Positions 9,414-20,020 of a stretch of DNA of 64,000 nucleotides are shown here, piece by piece. Each line of letters begins with the position of its first letter. The first letter of the stretch is position 1. The DNA is taken from contig CBDAUE010000002.1 of NCBI GenBank assembly GCA_965200595.1, positions 258,896-322,895 on the forward strand, read 5' to 3'. A model generated the notes under the pieces. The model had not been told where the DNA came from. It ran no database searches and saw only the letters and a program-made list of their open reading frames with translations. Made by a program: the position numbers and the translations under genes. The stretch is from Thermodesulfobacteriota bacterium (GTDB taxonomy: Bacteria > Desulfobacterota_D > UBA1144 > Nemesobacterales > Nemesobacteraceae).

Positions 9414-9735
9414 TTTTATACCCTCAATCTTTGCTTTTTACCTATTTAAAGGGTACTCAGGGCATATTTGGGGGTTTTCCAGATACGAAAACTTATGAAC
9501 TTGAGAGCCAATGGTGATAGGTCCGTAGATGTGTGGGGTAAAGAGTGGAAAGTTTTTTAGTTGCCTGTCACCTTAAATGCAACAGAATAAGCGGAGGTTT
9601 GATCTTTTCTGACTGCTAACAGGTCCAAGCACCATGCTTACACTGGAAGAAACAGATTTTAGATTGTCACCATGTAGTGTATAAGCTTATCTAAAGAAAT
9701 ACGAAGCGTTAGGAACGCTACGATGGCCAGCAAAC

Positions 9736-11424
9736 TTAAGCTTCAGCCCCTAAAAAAACATAGAAGCGTGTTTTTTCAATGACTTGCCGATCAACGATCA
9801 GCCCGGGCAGATCGGAATATCCCGAATTAACCGGATCGATTGATAACGATCCATCCTGCAGGTTTGAGCTATTCAGGCTTAGTTTAGCTTGAGCCTGAGT
9901 GAGAAAAGGGCACGAGTTATAGGACTGATAACCAAGGGCCGTTCTTAGAAGTTTTTCCCGTGGATCGCCAAGCTGGTAGCTATAGTCATTATCCGCAACG
10001 AAACAGGAAGGCGAAAAACCATTGTCGTAATCGGCCTCTCCCCTGTCATTAACTATCTTGAGCTGTATAGAGAAGTATGTTGTGCCGCAATTGTCCTGCG
10101 GAAAAAAGCCGTGGTACTTGCCGCGCGTGGTCGAACCGATCCTGATTACGTCTATGCCGATGCCGAGCAGGCTGTTTATAATCAGTTCGCTTGCAGAAGC
10201 GGTTTGCTCGGTAGTCAGGACAAAGAGGCGTGGAAGATCAAGGGCCGGCAGTCTCTCTGTACTGCCGTTTCTGTATCTTAAGACATCTGTAAAGGGAATT
10301 GAGTAACCGTCTCTTTTGTCATTGTACTGGATTTCCGCGAAGGTTTTTCCTCTGCCGGCTGATCCGGCCACCATCGACGCTATAATCTGCGTGATGGAAA
10401 TTGTTCCGCCGCTGTTATAGCGAAGATCAACAATAAGATCATCAATCCCTTCTCCTTCCGAAAACATGTTGGCGGCGTCTATGAGCGGTCGGGCGGCAGT
10501 AACAATATGGGTGTTAAACAGCATGTATCCTACGCGGTCTCCGTTGGAGTTGATAAGAATTTTTGCGTTCTGTACAGGATGCACAGTTATTTCTCTGGCG
10601 GTCATTGTAACAGAGCGCTGCGAAGAGTGTGTGCCGGGATTTTTTACGGTAAATGTGTGCGTATCGCCTTCAGACGGGCTCAAAGCAGCGTTTATTCTTT
10701 CTATTTCTTCCTGGCTTGTGGAATTTACGATATCAATGCCGTCAACGCCAAGGATCTCGGTTCCGCGAACGAAATTGACGGCGGCTGAAGCGGCTGGTGA
10801 GCCGGGTTCGGTATAGGTCACAATCAGCTTTCGCGGAGGAGAGGATCTTAAAATTCTGAATCTGGCGCCGTATCCGGCCGCAATTCCCTGCTCGGACAGG
10901 CGTCGATATTGCTCGGTCGGACTTGAGTAATGAAACCTGTCCTTTGCTTTTCCGGAAGATGTTGTCTCTTTTGTTTTCATAAGTTCAAAATATTCCGGCG
11001 TGGTGCAGCAGGCCGGATCTGTATCTTCGATTTCATCGTACCAGAGATAGGTTCTGTGACTCCAGGACCGAAGCCAGTTGTTTTCGTCCACATATGTTCC
11101 CTGTCTGGCGTCTTCGCTTGCAGCTTTTCGGGGGTCTTCGCAGTACTGGTAAAAGCTCTCTTCGGGGCAGAATACGTTTTCCTGCCATGGTTCATCTCTG
11201 GTACTGCAGGCCAGAGGTGTCGGAACCGGTCTTGTTGGTTCTGAAGGTGCTGTTTCAGGCGGTTCTGGGGACAGGGTCTCTTCGGGATCTGGCGAAGAAG
11301 ATGTCTCGCTGCCGCCGCAGCCCGCAAAACCGGCCGCCAGAACCAGAACCGCAAGCACCCACAGGCATCGCGGCGTTAATCCACATAAAAAACGGCTGTT
11401 TTTACTTTCACCTAGAAAAGACAT
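9736..11424 (-). CDS. S41-family C-terminal processing peptidase, lipoprotein
   Basis: Lipobox LAAGFAGC; S41 signatures DLRYNSGG and TEQTASASELI (catalytic Ser context); 562 aa; exact start uncertain. Confidence 0.65.
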   Translation of the reverse strand: MSFLGESKNSRFLCGLTPRCLWVLAVLVLAAGFAGCGGSETSSSPDPEETLSPEPPETAPSEPTRPVPTPLACSTRDEPWQENVFCPEESFYQYCEDPRKAASEDARQGTYVDENNWLRSWSHRTYLWYDEIEDTDPACCTTPEYFELMKTKETTSSGKAKDRFHYSSPTEQYRRLSEQGIAAGYGARFRILRSSPPRKLIVTYTEPGSPAASAAVNFVRGTEILGVDGIDIVNSTSQEEIERINAALSPSEGDTHTFTVKNPGTHSSQRSVTMTAREITVHPVQNAKILINSNGDRVGYMLFNTHIVTAARPLIDAANMFSEGEGIDDLIVDLRYNSGGTISITQIIASMVAGSAGRGKTFAEIQYNDKRDGYSIPFTDVLRYRNGSTERLPALDLPRLFVLTTEQTASASELIINSLLGIGIDVIRIGSTTRGKYHGFFPQDNCGTTYFSIQLKIVNDRGEADYDNGFSPSCFVADNDYSYQLGDPREKLLRTALGYQSYNSCPFLTQAQAKLSLNSSNLQDGSLSIDPVNSGYSDLPGLIVDRQVIEKTRFYVFLGAEA

Positions 11425-11614
11425 TTTTCCGTTCTATCTCCTTGTGCTAAAAAGTACTTTATGTTTCAGACCTTTCAAATCTGCGGGCATTTCACAGATA
11501 CCTTCTCGGACAGACGGTGTTGCGTGCGGTATGGTTGACCCTTGTGCGCTTTTACGGGTTCCTTGCAGCCGGACACTTTTGTCCGGATTCCTGAGAGTCG
11601 ACCTTAGCTTTAAG

Positions 11615-12367
11615 CTACATGCGGGTCCGGGAAGTTTCGGATTCTACCATCAGGGGAAGTATTTCTCCCGATTTTCCGAGTACGCTTGCGTCGTAAAGGC
11701 CCGTGCCCGGGGTTCTTTCTATGTTGATTTCCACCACGGGCTTTTCGCTTTTTTTCGCTATGAGTCCCATTGAGGCCGCCGGTTCAACTATTCCCGAGGT
11801 TCCCACTATCAGAAAAAGATCGCACTGCTCTATGGCAAACAGGCACCTGTCTATCCTCTCCATGGGGATAATCTCTCCGAACCAAACGGTATTGGGCCTC
11901 ATTATCCCGTCGCAGACATCGCATCTGGGAGGCAGCTGCGCAATGGGCACCTGATAGTTTTTTTCCACTTTTTCGCATTCAGTGCATTTAAGTTCCCACA
12001 GACTTCCGTGGATCTCTATTATGTTCCGTGTCCCCGCCGCGGAATGAAGGCCGTCTACGTTCTGCGTTATCAGCGTGAAATCTTTTTTCTCCTTTTCAAG
12101 AGCGGTTATGGCAAAGTGACCCGGATTGGGCTTGGCATTTTTCATTATGGCTCTTCTGGAGTCATACCATTCCCATACAAGCTTGGGATTTCTCGAAAAG
12201 GCCTCGGGGGTGGCAAGCTCGTGGGGGTCATAATTTCTCCAGAGGCCTTCTTCTCCCCTGTATGTGGGAATGCCGCTTTCAGCCGAGATTCCCGCCCCTG
12301 TAAGAACGACGATTTCGCTTGAGCCGCTTACAAGTTCGTATGCTTTTGCGATATCTTTTTCCATGTC
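11615..12367 (-). CDS. cobB: NAD-dependent protein deacylase (Sir2/CobB family)
   Basis: GAGISAESGIPTYRG…GLW…QNVDGLH…; Zn ribbon CTECEK…CDVCDG; the start MEKDIAKAYELV at 12367 is preferred over the longer ORF starting at 12460. Confidence 0.88.
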   Translation of the reverse strand, partial: DMEKDIAKAYELVSGSSEIVVLTGAGISAESGIPTYRGEEGLWRNYDPHELATPEAFSRNPKLVWEWYDSRRAIMKNAKPNPGHFAITALEKEKKDFTLITQNVDGLHSAAGTRNIIEIHGSLWELKCTECEKVEKNYQVPIAQLPPRCDVCDGIMRPNTVWFGEIIPMERIDRCLFAIEQCDLFLIVGTSGIVEPAASMGLIAKKSEKPVVEINIERTPGTGLYDASVLGKSGEILPLMVESETSRTRM

Positions 12368-12428
12368 CCGGCAACCTCGGGGTATGGTAACCGTTATGCG
12401 GGTTTTTTCCCATTGGCCACCGTAAAAA

Positions 12429-12851
12429 ATGGTCGGAGAAGCGGGATATTTTCTTGACAATTCATCACCTGATACTAACCTTTTGCGTGTTGTGTTAGAG
12501 CAGTATGTTCCTGTCCTCCTGATAATAGTAATAGCGATCGTTCTGGCCGCGGCGCTGATTTCCGTTTCCTATCTGTTCGGTCCGAAAAGATACGGAAGCT
12601 GGCGCAAGCTTATTCCGTATGAATCCGGAATAGTTCCTAGGGGAGATGCGAGGGAGAGGATTTCGCTTAAGTACTACCTGGTAGGAGCTCTTTTCATACT
12701 GTTTGACATAGAAATCGTGTTCCTTGTGGCCTGGGCGGTTGTGTTCAGGGAACTTGGCATGGTGGCGCTTGTTGAAGTGCTGGCGTTTCTTTTTATTGTA
12801 ATCGGCGGTTACTTTTACGTTCTCAAAAAAGGAGCCCTGGAATGGGAGTAA
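12429..12851 (+). CDS. nuoA: NADH-quinone oxidoreductase subunit A (NuoA); the true start is probably downstream, near 12481
   Basis: …[32 protein letters not shown]…[40 protein letters not shown]…; the ATG at 12429 would sit 62 bp from the divergent cobB start and contains a TTGACA -35-like hexamer. Confidence 0.8.
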   Translation: MVGEAGYFLDNSSPDTNLLRVVLEQYVPVLLIIVIAIVLAAALISVSYLFGPKRYGSWRKLIPYESGIVPRGDARERISLKYYLVGALFILFDIEIVFLVAWAVVFRELGMVALVEVLAFLFIVIGGYFYVLKKGALEWE

Positions 12852-13327
12852 GCAGCGGATCACTTCTCGGCGGAGACGGTTTTTTAACGACCAAGATTTC
12901 CGCGGTTGCCAACTGGGGAAGAAAGAACAGCCTGTGGCCCATGGCTTTCGGAACGGCCTGTTGTGCGATTGAGATGATGGGGACTTTCTCATCAAGGTTT
13001 GATATCGCAAGGTTCGGGGCCGAAACCGTCAGATTCTCGCCGAGACAGGCGGATCTGATGATAGTTTCCGGGACCATAACCTACAAGATGGCTTCGGTCT
13101 GCAGAAGGATCTACGAACAGATGCCCGAGCCCAAGTGGGTAATAGCGATGGGGTCGTGTACATGCGGCGGCGGACCTTTTGACAGTTACGCTGTCGTCCA
13201 GGGGATAGACGAGTTTCTTCCCGTGGATGTTTACGTCGGCGGTTGTCCCCCGAGGCCCGAAGCCCTCATTGATGCCGTCATGAAAATTCAGAAGAAAATA
13301 GATAACGAGGCTCCCCCGATCGTATGA
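12842..13327 (+). CDS. nuoB: NADH-quinone oxidoreductase subunit B (NuoB)
   Basis: CCAIEMM…[10 protein letters not shown]…[10 protein letters not shown] Fe-S ligating motifs; overlaps nuoA by 10 nt. Confidence 0.95.
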   Translation: MGVSSGSLLGGDGFLTTKISAVANWGRKNSLWPMAFGTACCAIEMMGTFSSRFDIARFGAETVRFSPRQADLMIVSGTITYKMASVCRRIYEQMPEPKWVIAMGSCTCGGGPFDSYAVVQGIDEFLPVDVYVGGCPPRPEALIDAVMKIQKKIDNEAPPIV

Positions 13328-13842
13328 GTTCCCCTCCTTGCCCTGTCGGTCAGATAAGGGAGAAAATAAGCGGATACATCCTCTCGGAAAGCGAATTCCG
13401 CGGGGAAACCACCTTTGCCGTAAAAGCAGAATCAATAGTCGAGTGCTGTTCGCTTCTGAAAAACACGCTCGGTTTTGCTTACCTCGTGGACATTACGGTT
13501 GTCGACTACCTTACGGTTAAATTCCCGAGGTACGAGGTTGTTTATCTCCTCCACCGCTTCGGCGAGGACTACGAAGAGAACCTGAGAATAAGGCTTAAGG
13601 CCTCGCTTGAGCAGGACAATACAGAGATCGATTCCGTAACGTCTGTGTGGTCCGGGGCGAACTGGCATGAACGGGAGGCTTACGATATGTTCGGGATAAC
13701 TTTTGTGGGACATCCCGACCCGAGAAGAATACTTATGCCCGAAGATTACGACCAGTTTCCGCTGAGAAAGGATTTTGACGTGAGAGACCGCGAATCTTCA
13801 AAACAGTGTTTCGAGCGGGCTCTTGACGAAGGGTTTGAGTGA
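13324..13842 (+). CDS. nuoC: NADH-quinone oxidoreductase subunit C (NuoC, 30 kDa)
   Basis: …[30 protein letters not shown]…; overlaps nuoB by 4 nt. Confidence 0.93.
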   Translation: MSSPPCPVGQIREKISGYILSESEFRGETTFAVKAESIVECCSLLKNTLGFAYLVDITVVDYLTVKFPRYEVVYLLHRFGEDYEENLRIRLKASLEQDNTEIDSVTSVWSGANWHEREAYDMFGITFVGHPDPRRILMPEDYDQFPLRKDFDVRDRESSKQCFERALDEGFE

Positions 13843-15071
13843 TGGAAAGAGTAGAGATAGTAACAGAAGAATCCGGCACAGAGGCCGACGGTACAACAAA
13901 GCAGACCATGATGCTCAACATGGGGCCTCAGCATCCGTCGACCCACGGGGTTTTGCGGGTGGTCCTTTATCTTGACGGGGAGATAGTCAAGGAAGCCGTT
14001 CCCCATATCGGCTATCTGCACAGGGGAATAGAGAAGCTTTGTGAGGATATCACCTACCAGAAATGTCTTCCGTACACCGACAGGATGGATTATCTGGCCT
14101 CGATATGCAACAACATAGGCTTCATACTTACTGTCGAGAAGCTCCTCGGAATTGAAGATGAGATTCCCCCGAGGGCAAAGGTGGCCGAGGTTATAATGTT
14201 TGAGCTCGGAAGAATTGAATCCCACCTGATAGGCATAGGCGCAAACGCCATGGACCTCGGTGCGATGACCGCTTTTCTTTTCTGCTTCAAGGAAAGGGAG
14301 CGCATCTACGAGATTCTCGAGATGGTGTGCGGAGCGAGACTCACGACTTCATACCCCAGGGTGGGAGGCCTTCCCATGGATCTCCCTGAAGATTTTCCGG
14401 ACACGATAAGGAATTTTCTTAAGATATTTCCCCAGACCTTAGACGAAATAGACAGGCTTCTTACAAGAAACAAGATATGGATTGACCGCACCAAGGGAGT
14501 GGCGGTTATAAGCAGGGAGCAGGCGGTTGATCTCGGTATTACCGGTCCCATACTGAGAGGAAGCGGCGTTCCCTACGACGTGAGAAAAGCCGTTCCTTAT
14601 CTTGATTACCAAAACTACGAGTTCGACATACCGGTTGCCAATGAGGGAGATGCGTACGCCAGGTACCTGTGCAGGATGGAAGAGATGAGACAGAGCCTTC
14701 GCATAATCAAGCAGGCTCTTGACAATCTTCCCGACGGGCCGCCCTACATAGCGGACCTTCCCGATATCGTCCTGCCCGAAAAAGAACTTGTATACACCAA
14801 AATGGAATCCCTTATAAGGCATTTTGTGCTGGTCTACAACGGTTTTGAGACTCCTCCGGGGGAAATATACCACTCCGTTGAGAACCCCAAAGGCGAGCTC
14901 GGTTACTACATAGTGAGCGACGGTACTGGAAAACCCTACAGGATGCGGGTTCGGGGGCCGTCTTTTGTGAATATGCAGGCCCTTCCGGGTATGGTAAAGG
15001 GCGGCTTTGTCTCCGATGTTGTTGCCGCGATAGGAAGCATCGACATAGTGCTTGGGGAAGTTGACCGCTGA
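13839..15071 (+). CDS. nuoD: NADH-quinone oxidoreductase subunit D (NuoD, 49 kDa)
   Basis: MMLNMGPQHPSTHGVLR…; 410 aa; overlaps nuoC by 4 nt. Confidence 0.95.
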   Translation: MMERVEIVTEESGTEADGTTKQTMMLNMGPQHPSTHGVLRVVLYLDGEIVKEAVPHIGYLHRGIEKLCEDITYQKCLPYTDRMDYLASICNNIGFILTVEKLLGIEDEIPPRAKVAEVIMFELGRIESHLIGIGANAMDLGAMTAFLFCFKERERIYEILEMVCGARLTTSYPRVGGLPMDLPEDFPDTIRNFLKIFPQTLDEIDRLLTRNKIWIDRTKGVAVISREQAVDLGITGPILRGSGVPYDVRKAVPYLDYQNYEFDIPVANEGDAYARYLCRMEEMRQSLRIIKQALDNLPDGPPYIADLPDIVLPEKELVYTKMESLIRHFVLVYNGFETPPGEIYHSVENPKGELGYYIVSDGTGKPYRMRVRGPSFVNMQALPGMVKGGFVSDVVAAIGSIDIVLGEVDR

Positions 15072-15084
15072 TTAAAAGCCAAGT

Positions 15085-15744
15085 TCAGGGAAAAGTCACT
15101 GTACTTGCTTCTTTAGGTTTTTCAAACTCAAAAAACGAATCTGCAATTCCGAGGTTGACTTCCGCGGTGCCTAGCTTTATGATCGTCGTGTTTCCGAAGA
15201 TATCGCCGATTATGATTTCTCTTAACATATAGGTCTTGGGATCAACTGCTATGGCCACCTGCTTTGACTGTTCATGATTTTTCTGTTTCAGGTCAAGGAG
15301 GATATTTCCCCGTTCGTCCGTGCTTCCGGCACCTTGGCGAACATCGAAAAGACGGTCAAGGTCCTCCAGTATGGAGATGACCGTATAGGAACCTAAAGAG
15401 TCTGCCCAGACGTTTTCAAGTTCCATCTCGGTTACCTGATTCTCCCTGCTGTCAAAATACCGGACCTTTTTTCCGTCAGAAACTATCGTGTCTTTCCACG
15501 GCTGTTCGTACTGCCATTTCATCATGCCGGGTTTTTTAAACCACACCTTGCCCGAGGAGGTGATTTTCTCATCAAGGTCCTTTATCTGGGTTTCCTGGGT
15601 AAAGGCAGAGTGCAGGTTGTTTATCGAAGCGTATTTTTTCTGAATGCCTTTTACAACGGCGTCTGTGTCCTGTGTCCTCGACGGCTCGGCAGTTAAAAGA
15701 AAGGATGCGGCAAAAAGCGCCACCGCAAGTGCGATTTTTCTCAA
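15085..15744 (-). CDS. lolA: Outer-membrane lipoprotein carrier protein LolA
   Basis: Signal peptide; F.Q…SGKVWFKKPGMMKWQYEQPWKDTIVSDGKKVRYFD LolA core; sits directly downstream of ftsK, as in E. coli. Confidence 0.85.
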   Translation of the reverse strand: MRKIALAVALFAASFLLTAEPSRTQDTDAVVKGIQKKYASINNLHSAFTQETQIKDLDEKITSSGKVWFKKPGMMKWQYEQPWKDTIVSDGKKVRYFDSRENQVTEMELENVWADSLGSYTVISILEDLDRLFDVRQGAGSTDERGNILLDLKQKNHEQSKQVAIAVDPKTYMLREIIIGDIFGNTTIIKLGTAEVNLGIADSFFEFEKPKEASTVTFP

Positions 15745-17981
15745 TCCGGATCTCCCGCGTCCGTTTTAATCATGTTTACGTAGACTTCTCTTGGTTTGCC
15801 GGCGGCTCCCTGAGGGCCTATAAGACCTTCTTTTTCCATTACCTCGACAATCCTTGCCGCACGGTTATATCCTATCTTCAGTCTTCTCTGTATCATGGAG
15901 ATGGAAGCCTGTCCCGTTTCGGCTATTATCTCAAGTGCGGTTTCGTAAAGCTCGTCTTTTTCGTCGTCGCTCACTCCCGCACTCTCATCCTCCGAGTCAT
16001 CTTTTGTTATTTCTTCTATGTAGATCGGGTCTGCCTGGGATCTTAGAAAATCCGTTACCCGTTTTCTTTCATCGTCAGATATAAGAGCGCCCTGAAGTCT
16101 TAACAGATTGCCTCCCCCGGATGTGAGAAAAAGCATGTCTCCCTTGCCCAGCAGAGTCTCCGCTCCTCCGGTATCGAGAATGATTCTTGAATCCACTTTT
16201 GAAGATACGAGAAAGGATATGCGGGCCGGGAAGTTAGCCTTTATAAGTCCCGCCACCACATCCGCCGAGGGGCGCTGCGTTGAGACTATTATATGAATTC
16301 CCGCCGCTCTGGCTTTCTGCGCAAGTCTTATTATCGAGTCTTTCACGTCGCTTGGGGAAACCATCATCAGGTCGGCAAGCTCGTCTATTATAATGACTAT
16401 GTAGGGAAGCCACCTGAGCTGTTTTTCCTCAATCTCAAGAGCTTCAAGCTTCCTGTTGTAGCTGTCTATGTCCCTTACCCCTTCTTCTGAGAGCATCTTG
16501 TATCTCGAATCCATCTCCACAACCAGCCACTTAAGGGCGGCAACGGCTTTTTTCGATTCGGTTACCACCGGGTGGAGCAGATGGGGAATGTTCTCGTATA
16601 TGGACAGCTCAAGCATCTTCGGGTCTATCATTATCATCTTGAGCTCATAAGGAGTCGCTCTGTAGAGCAGGCTTGTGATCGCGGCGTTTAGCAAAACGCT
16701 TTTGCCCGAGCCGGTAGTTCCGGCAATCATGAGGTGCGGGGCGGTCTGGAGGTCCATGTAGCGCGGTCTTCCGGATATGTCCTTTCCTAAAGCGATGGTG
16801 AGCATCGATCTTTTCTCCGCAAACGAGCTGCTCTCGAAAAGCTCCCGAAGCACCACTGTTTCCCTACTCTCGTTGGGAACCTCTATTCCGACCACGTCCT
16901 TTCCCGGTATGGGGGCTATGATCCTTATGCTGAACGCCTTAAGCCCCATTGCCAGATCGCCTTCAAGGGACGATATCTTGTTTATTTTTATTCCGGGGGC
17001 CGGCTTGTACTCAAACATCGTGATAACCGGTCCGGGACGTATTTCCATTACCTTTCCTGTGACTCCGAAGTCGGCAAGCTTCTCCTCGATCAGAGCGGCT
17101 TTCTGGTACATTGCGTCCTTGTCTATCTCCACGGATGTGCCGATTTTCGGGTCAAGCAGGTCAATTGAGGGCAAGGAGTGGTCAAGCCATCTGCTTTCGG
17201 GTTCTGCGGGTTCCGGCTCGGTTCTGCTCTCGGGGGCGGGAGGAGTGAAGACTATCTGCGGTTCGGCATCGGTTTTTTTATCGTGTTTTTGTTTGGGCTC
17301 TGCGGCTGCGGTTTTTGCCCTGACAGAAGCGGGGGTGGGCTTCGGTGCGTCTTGCTTCTTTTTTGTTTGCGTGCCTCCTCGCGCGGCGGTGCGTTTCAGC
17401 GCATCTATGATCCTTGCAGAGGCTCCCTTTAACGCGCCTTCAACAAACGGGTGTGCGGCCCTCACGAGGCTTTCTAGGATTTTCATTATGCTTGCGATTC
17501 TGGTTTCCGTCATTACTATTGCGCAGAGAAATGTGATAATTATGACGATAATATATGTTCCAAAAGTCCCAAGGATGTTCTGCGTGAATTCCCTTGAGAT
17601 CGCAAGACCCAGCCATCCGCCGGCCGGCGAATAGCCCAGAAGGGAGTTTTTTCCGTAAACGAGCCCGAGCAGGGTGGCCGAAGAGAGAAGGAAAAGGGTC
17701 GTGGAGCCGAGCTTCCAGTATATTTTCCGTGCGGGCCGCTTTTTTACGATCACGTATGACGCATAAAGCATCAATGCGGGAAATACGAAAGACAGCGTGC
17801 CGAAAGAACTTCCTAGGGAATGCGAAACGTAAAGGCCCGCATTTCCCATTGCGCCTTTTACGTCAATTTCAACAAGGTTGCTGAAGATCAGAAGGCTTGC
17901 AAAGGTAAACACGCCGAGGGCGAAGAAAAAAATCGCCATCGCATCCACAAATATGTCCTGAGTGTCCCTGCCTTTTTGCAT
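15741..17981 (-). CDS. ftsK: DNA translocase FtsK/SpoIIIE
   Basis: N-terminal TM segments; motor domain with Walker A GTTGSGKSV; C-terminal gamma wHTH (ETALEIIAETGQASISMIQRRLKIGYNRAARIVEVMEKEGLIG). Start placed at ATG 17981 (MQKGRDT…); the longer ORF to 18089 would overlap nuoN by 55 nt. Confidence 0.92.
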   Translation of the reverse strand: MQKGRDTQDIFVDAMAIFFFALGVFTFASLLIFSNLVEIDVKGAMGNAGLYVSHSLGSSFGTLSFVFPALMLYASYVIVKKRPARKIYWKLGSTTLFLLSSATLLGLVYGKNSLLGYSPAGGWLGLAISREFTQNILGTFGTYIIVIIITFLCAIVMTETRIASIMKILESLVRAAHPFVEGALKGASARIIDALKRTAARGGTQTKKKQDAPKPTPASVRAKTAAAEPKQKHDKKTDAEPQIVFTPPAPESRTEPEPAEPESRWLDHSLPSIDLLDPKIGTSVEIDKDAMYQKAALIEEKLADFGVTGKVMEIRPGPVITMFEYKPAPGIKINKISSLEGDLAMGLKAFSIRIIAPIPGKDVVGIEVPNESRETVVLRELFESSSFAEKRSMLTIALGKDISGRPRYMDLQTAPHLMIAGTTGSGKSVLLNAAITSLLYRATPYELKMIMIDPKMLELSIYENIPHLLHPVVTESKKAVAALKWLVVEMDSRYKMLSEEGVRDIDSYNRKLEALEIEEKQLRWLPYIVIIIDELADLMMVSPSDVKDSIIRLAQKARAAGIHIIVSTQRPSADVVAGLIKANFPARISFLVSSKVDSRIILDTGGAETLLGKGDMLFLTSGGGNLLRLQGALISDDERKRVTDFLRSQADPIYIEEITKDDSEDESAGVSDDEKDELYETALEIIAETGQASISMIQRRLKIGYNRAARIVEVMEKEGLIGPQGAAGKPREVYVNMIKTDAGDPD

Positions 17982-18034
17982 TTCCTGAATTCTGAAATAA
18001 AAATCCCTAGCGGGCGAAAGAAACCCCCTGCCGT

Positions 18035-19492
18035 CTAAAAGGCGATTGCTGCCAGAAGAGTGTTTGAGGCCTGAGCTGCCAGATCCCATGACACGAAAGG
18101 AAATATACCGAAAAAAACCGTCGCTGCCGCAAGCGCCGCAATTACAGCTCCTGAAAGCGGTTTGTTTTCGCTCGCCCCGTAGCTGTCTTCCCTCATAAAC
18201 GCGCAGACCAGCACCTTGAGGTAGTAATAAGCGGATATTACGCTTGCTATTATTCCTATTACCGCAAGCAGCGTCAGATTGGCGTCAACAGCAGCCAGAA
18301 ACACTCTGTATTTCCCGAAAAATCCTATGGTCGGAGGAATTCCCGCAAGCGAGAACATAAACACTCCGAGTGCGAGCGATGCGGCCGGTTTTCTTTTCCA
18401 CAGTCCCGATATCCTCTCAAAAGTGTCGCAGTCGTTCCCCTCCCTGCTCGCATAGGCGAGAATTCCGAAAGCCCCGAGGTTCATGAATGTGTAGGCAAAA
18501 AGGTAGTAAAGGACGCTTCCGCTTCCGACCGAAGGCTCCGACAGAACTGCCGCCACCCCGACCAGAGCGTATCCTGCATGCGCCACGCTTGAGTAGGCAA
18601 GCATTCTCTTCACGCTGCTCTGATATATGGCGGCTATGTTCCCCACTATCATGGTAAGCACTGCGGCGATCTGCACCGCGACCGTCATGTAGTTTTCAAA
18701 TTCCGGCGCGGAGCCGAGAAATATTCTCAGCAGCAGCACGAAAGCCGCCGCTTTTACCGCAACGGACATGTATCCCGTAACTGTGAGAGGCGCTCCGTCG
18801 TAGATGTCCGGCACCCACTGGTGAAGCGGCACGGCCCCTATCTTGAAAACAACTCCCGCCGCCACAAAGGCGGCTCCGCACACATACATCGGCAGATTTT
18901 CCGGATTTGCTATGATTTCCGAAATAAAAGTGGAGCCGGTGGCTCCGTACAGAAGGGCGATTCCGAACAGCAGAACCGCGGAGGAGAATCCCCCCAGAAC
19001 AAGGTATTTCACTCCCGATTCTGTCGAGTCAAGCGACCCGCTTCGAAACCCCGAGAGAATGTAGACGGCTATTGACATAATTTCGAATCCGACGAAAAGC
19101 GTCATGAGTTCGACCGAGGAAGCGAGGATCATCATCCCGCTCGTGCAGAAAAGCACAAGCGCGTAGAATTCCTCAAGCCATTGCGAGCGTTTCTCCAGGT
19201 GATCTTTTGAAAAAAGAATTGTCGAAAGCGCCGCCAGCAGAAAAAGGGAGTTGAAGTAGGCGGAGAAGGAATCAATTGCCAACGCGCCGGAAAACGCGGA
19301 ACTTTCTCCCGAGAATCTTGAGAAGTTAAGGACCAGCGAGAGTGCGGTTGCCGACACTGCGAGGATAAAAAGCGACCCCCTCCATCTTTTTTTGAGAATC
19401 GGGGCGCAGATGAGTATCAGCACGGCGGCGAGTATGAGCACGCACTCAGGAAGTATGGCCAGCGTGCTTTCAAACAGAGTCTGCAAATTCAT
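18035..19492 (-). CDS. nuoN: NADH-quinone oxidoreductase subunit N (NuoN; complex I antiporter-like subunit family)
   Basis: 485 aa polytopic membrane protein; N-terminus and TM pattern typical of NuoN/ND2. No nuoM/nuoL upstream. Confidence 0.8.
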   Translation of the reverse strand: MNLQTLFESTLAILPECVLILAAVLILICAPILKKRWRGSLFILAVSATALSLVLNFSRFSGESSAFSGALAIDSFSAYFNSLFLLAALSTILFSKDHLEKRSQWLEEFYALVLFCTSGMMILASSVELMTLFVGFEIMSIAVYILSGFRSGSLDSTESGVKYLVLGGFSSAVLLFGIALLYGATGSTFISEIIANPENLPMYVCGAAFVAAGVVFKIGAVPLHQWVPDIYDGAPLTVTGYMSVAVKAAAFVLLLRIFLGSAPEFENYMTVAVQIAAVLTMIVGNIAAIYQSSVKRMLAYSSVAHAGYALVGVAAVLSEPSVGSGSVLYYLFAYTFMNLGAFGILAYASREGNDCDTFERISGLWKRKPAASLALGVFMFSLAGIPPTIGFFGKYRVFLAAVDANLTLLAVIGIIASVISAYYYLKVLVCAFMREDSYGASENKPLSGAVIAALAAATVFFGIFPFVSWDLAAQASNTLLAAIAF

Positions 19493-19552
19493 AGTCGCGC
19501 TCCTCCCGTCGTGTGAAGTCTTGTTGGGCTCCCGGCTGTCTTCTTCATTACA

Positions 19553-20020
19553 TCAGTCCGGATCTTTAACCACTTCAAACTTTCTTTCTTCAAACCGCAA
19601 GTCCTTTTCGTCAATGTACCATATTCTCGCATCGGCAAATTTCCCTCGGTTTACCGAGAAAATTATATACGCCCATCCGGGCGATGCCACCTGCCTGTCT
19701 GTTTCCGAAGGCTCCGAAGGGTGGTCCGGATGCGAGTGGTATATGCCGACAATCTCAAGACCGTTTTGCCTAGCCCACGAATCTGCCTCTATGTAGGAGC
19801 GCGGATCAAGCTCGAAACGGTCCCTTAACCGTCTGCTGTCGATGTCTGCTGTTTCCTTAAACGCCGTTTCGGATTCGTCGTCAGCGACCAGATTGGCGCA
19901 TTTTCGGAAGTGAGTGACTGTATCTTCTTTGCCGATCATCACCCCGCACACCTCGCAAGGATAACCGGATTCGGCGTCCCGTGTCATGCCCAGATATGCT
20001 GATCTGTATATTTTCACCAC
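19553..20020 (-). CDS. JAMM/MPN+ metalloprotease (Mec+/CysO-cysteine peptidase-like)
   Basis: EVCGVMIG (E-x-CG) and HSHPDHPSEPSETD (HxHx7Sx2D JAMM motif); overlaps the cysM stop by 7 nt. Confidence 0.85.
   Translation of the reverse strand: MVKIYRSAYLGMTRDAESGYPCEVCGVMIGKEDTVTHFRKCANLVADDESETAFKETADIDSRRLRDRFELDPRSYIEADSWARQNGLEIVGIYHSHPDHPSEPSETDRQVASPGWAYIIFSVNRGKFADARIWYIDEKDLRFEERKFEVVKDPD

Noticed and set aside
11569-11586. GC-rich hairpin CCGGACA-CTTT-TGTCCGG downstream of cobB considered as a terminator
   Set aside because: There is no U-tract on either strand, so it is recorded only as a possible structure and not annotated.
16777-17634. 285-aa + strand ORF inside ftsK
   Set aside because: It is antisense to a confidently identified FtsK motor domain and has a Ser/Ala/Gly-rich low-complexity translation typical of GC-skewed shadow frames.
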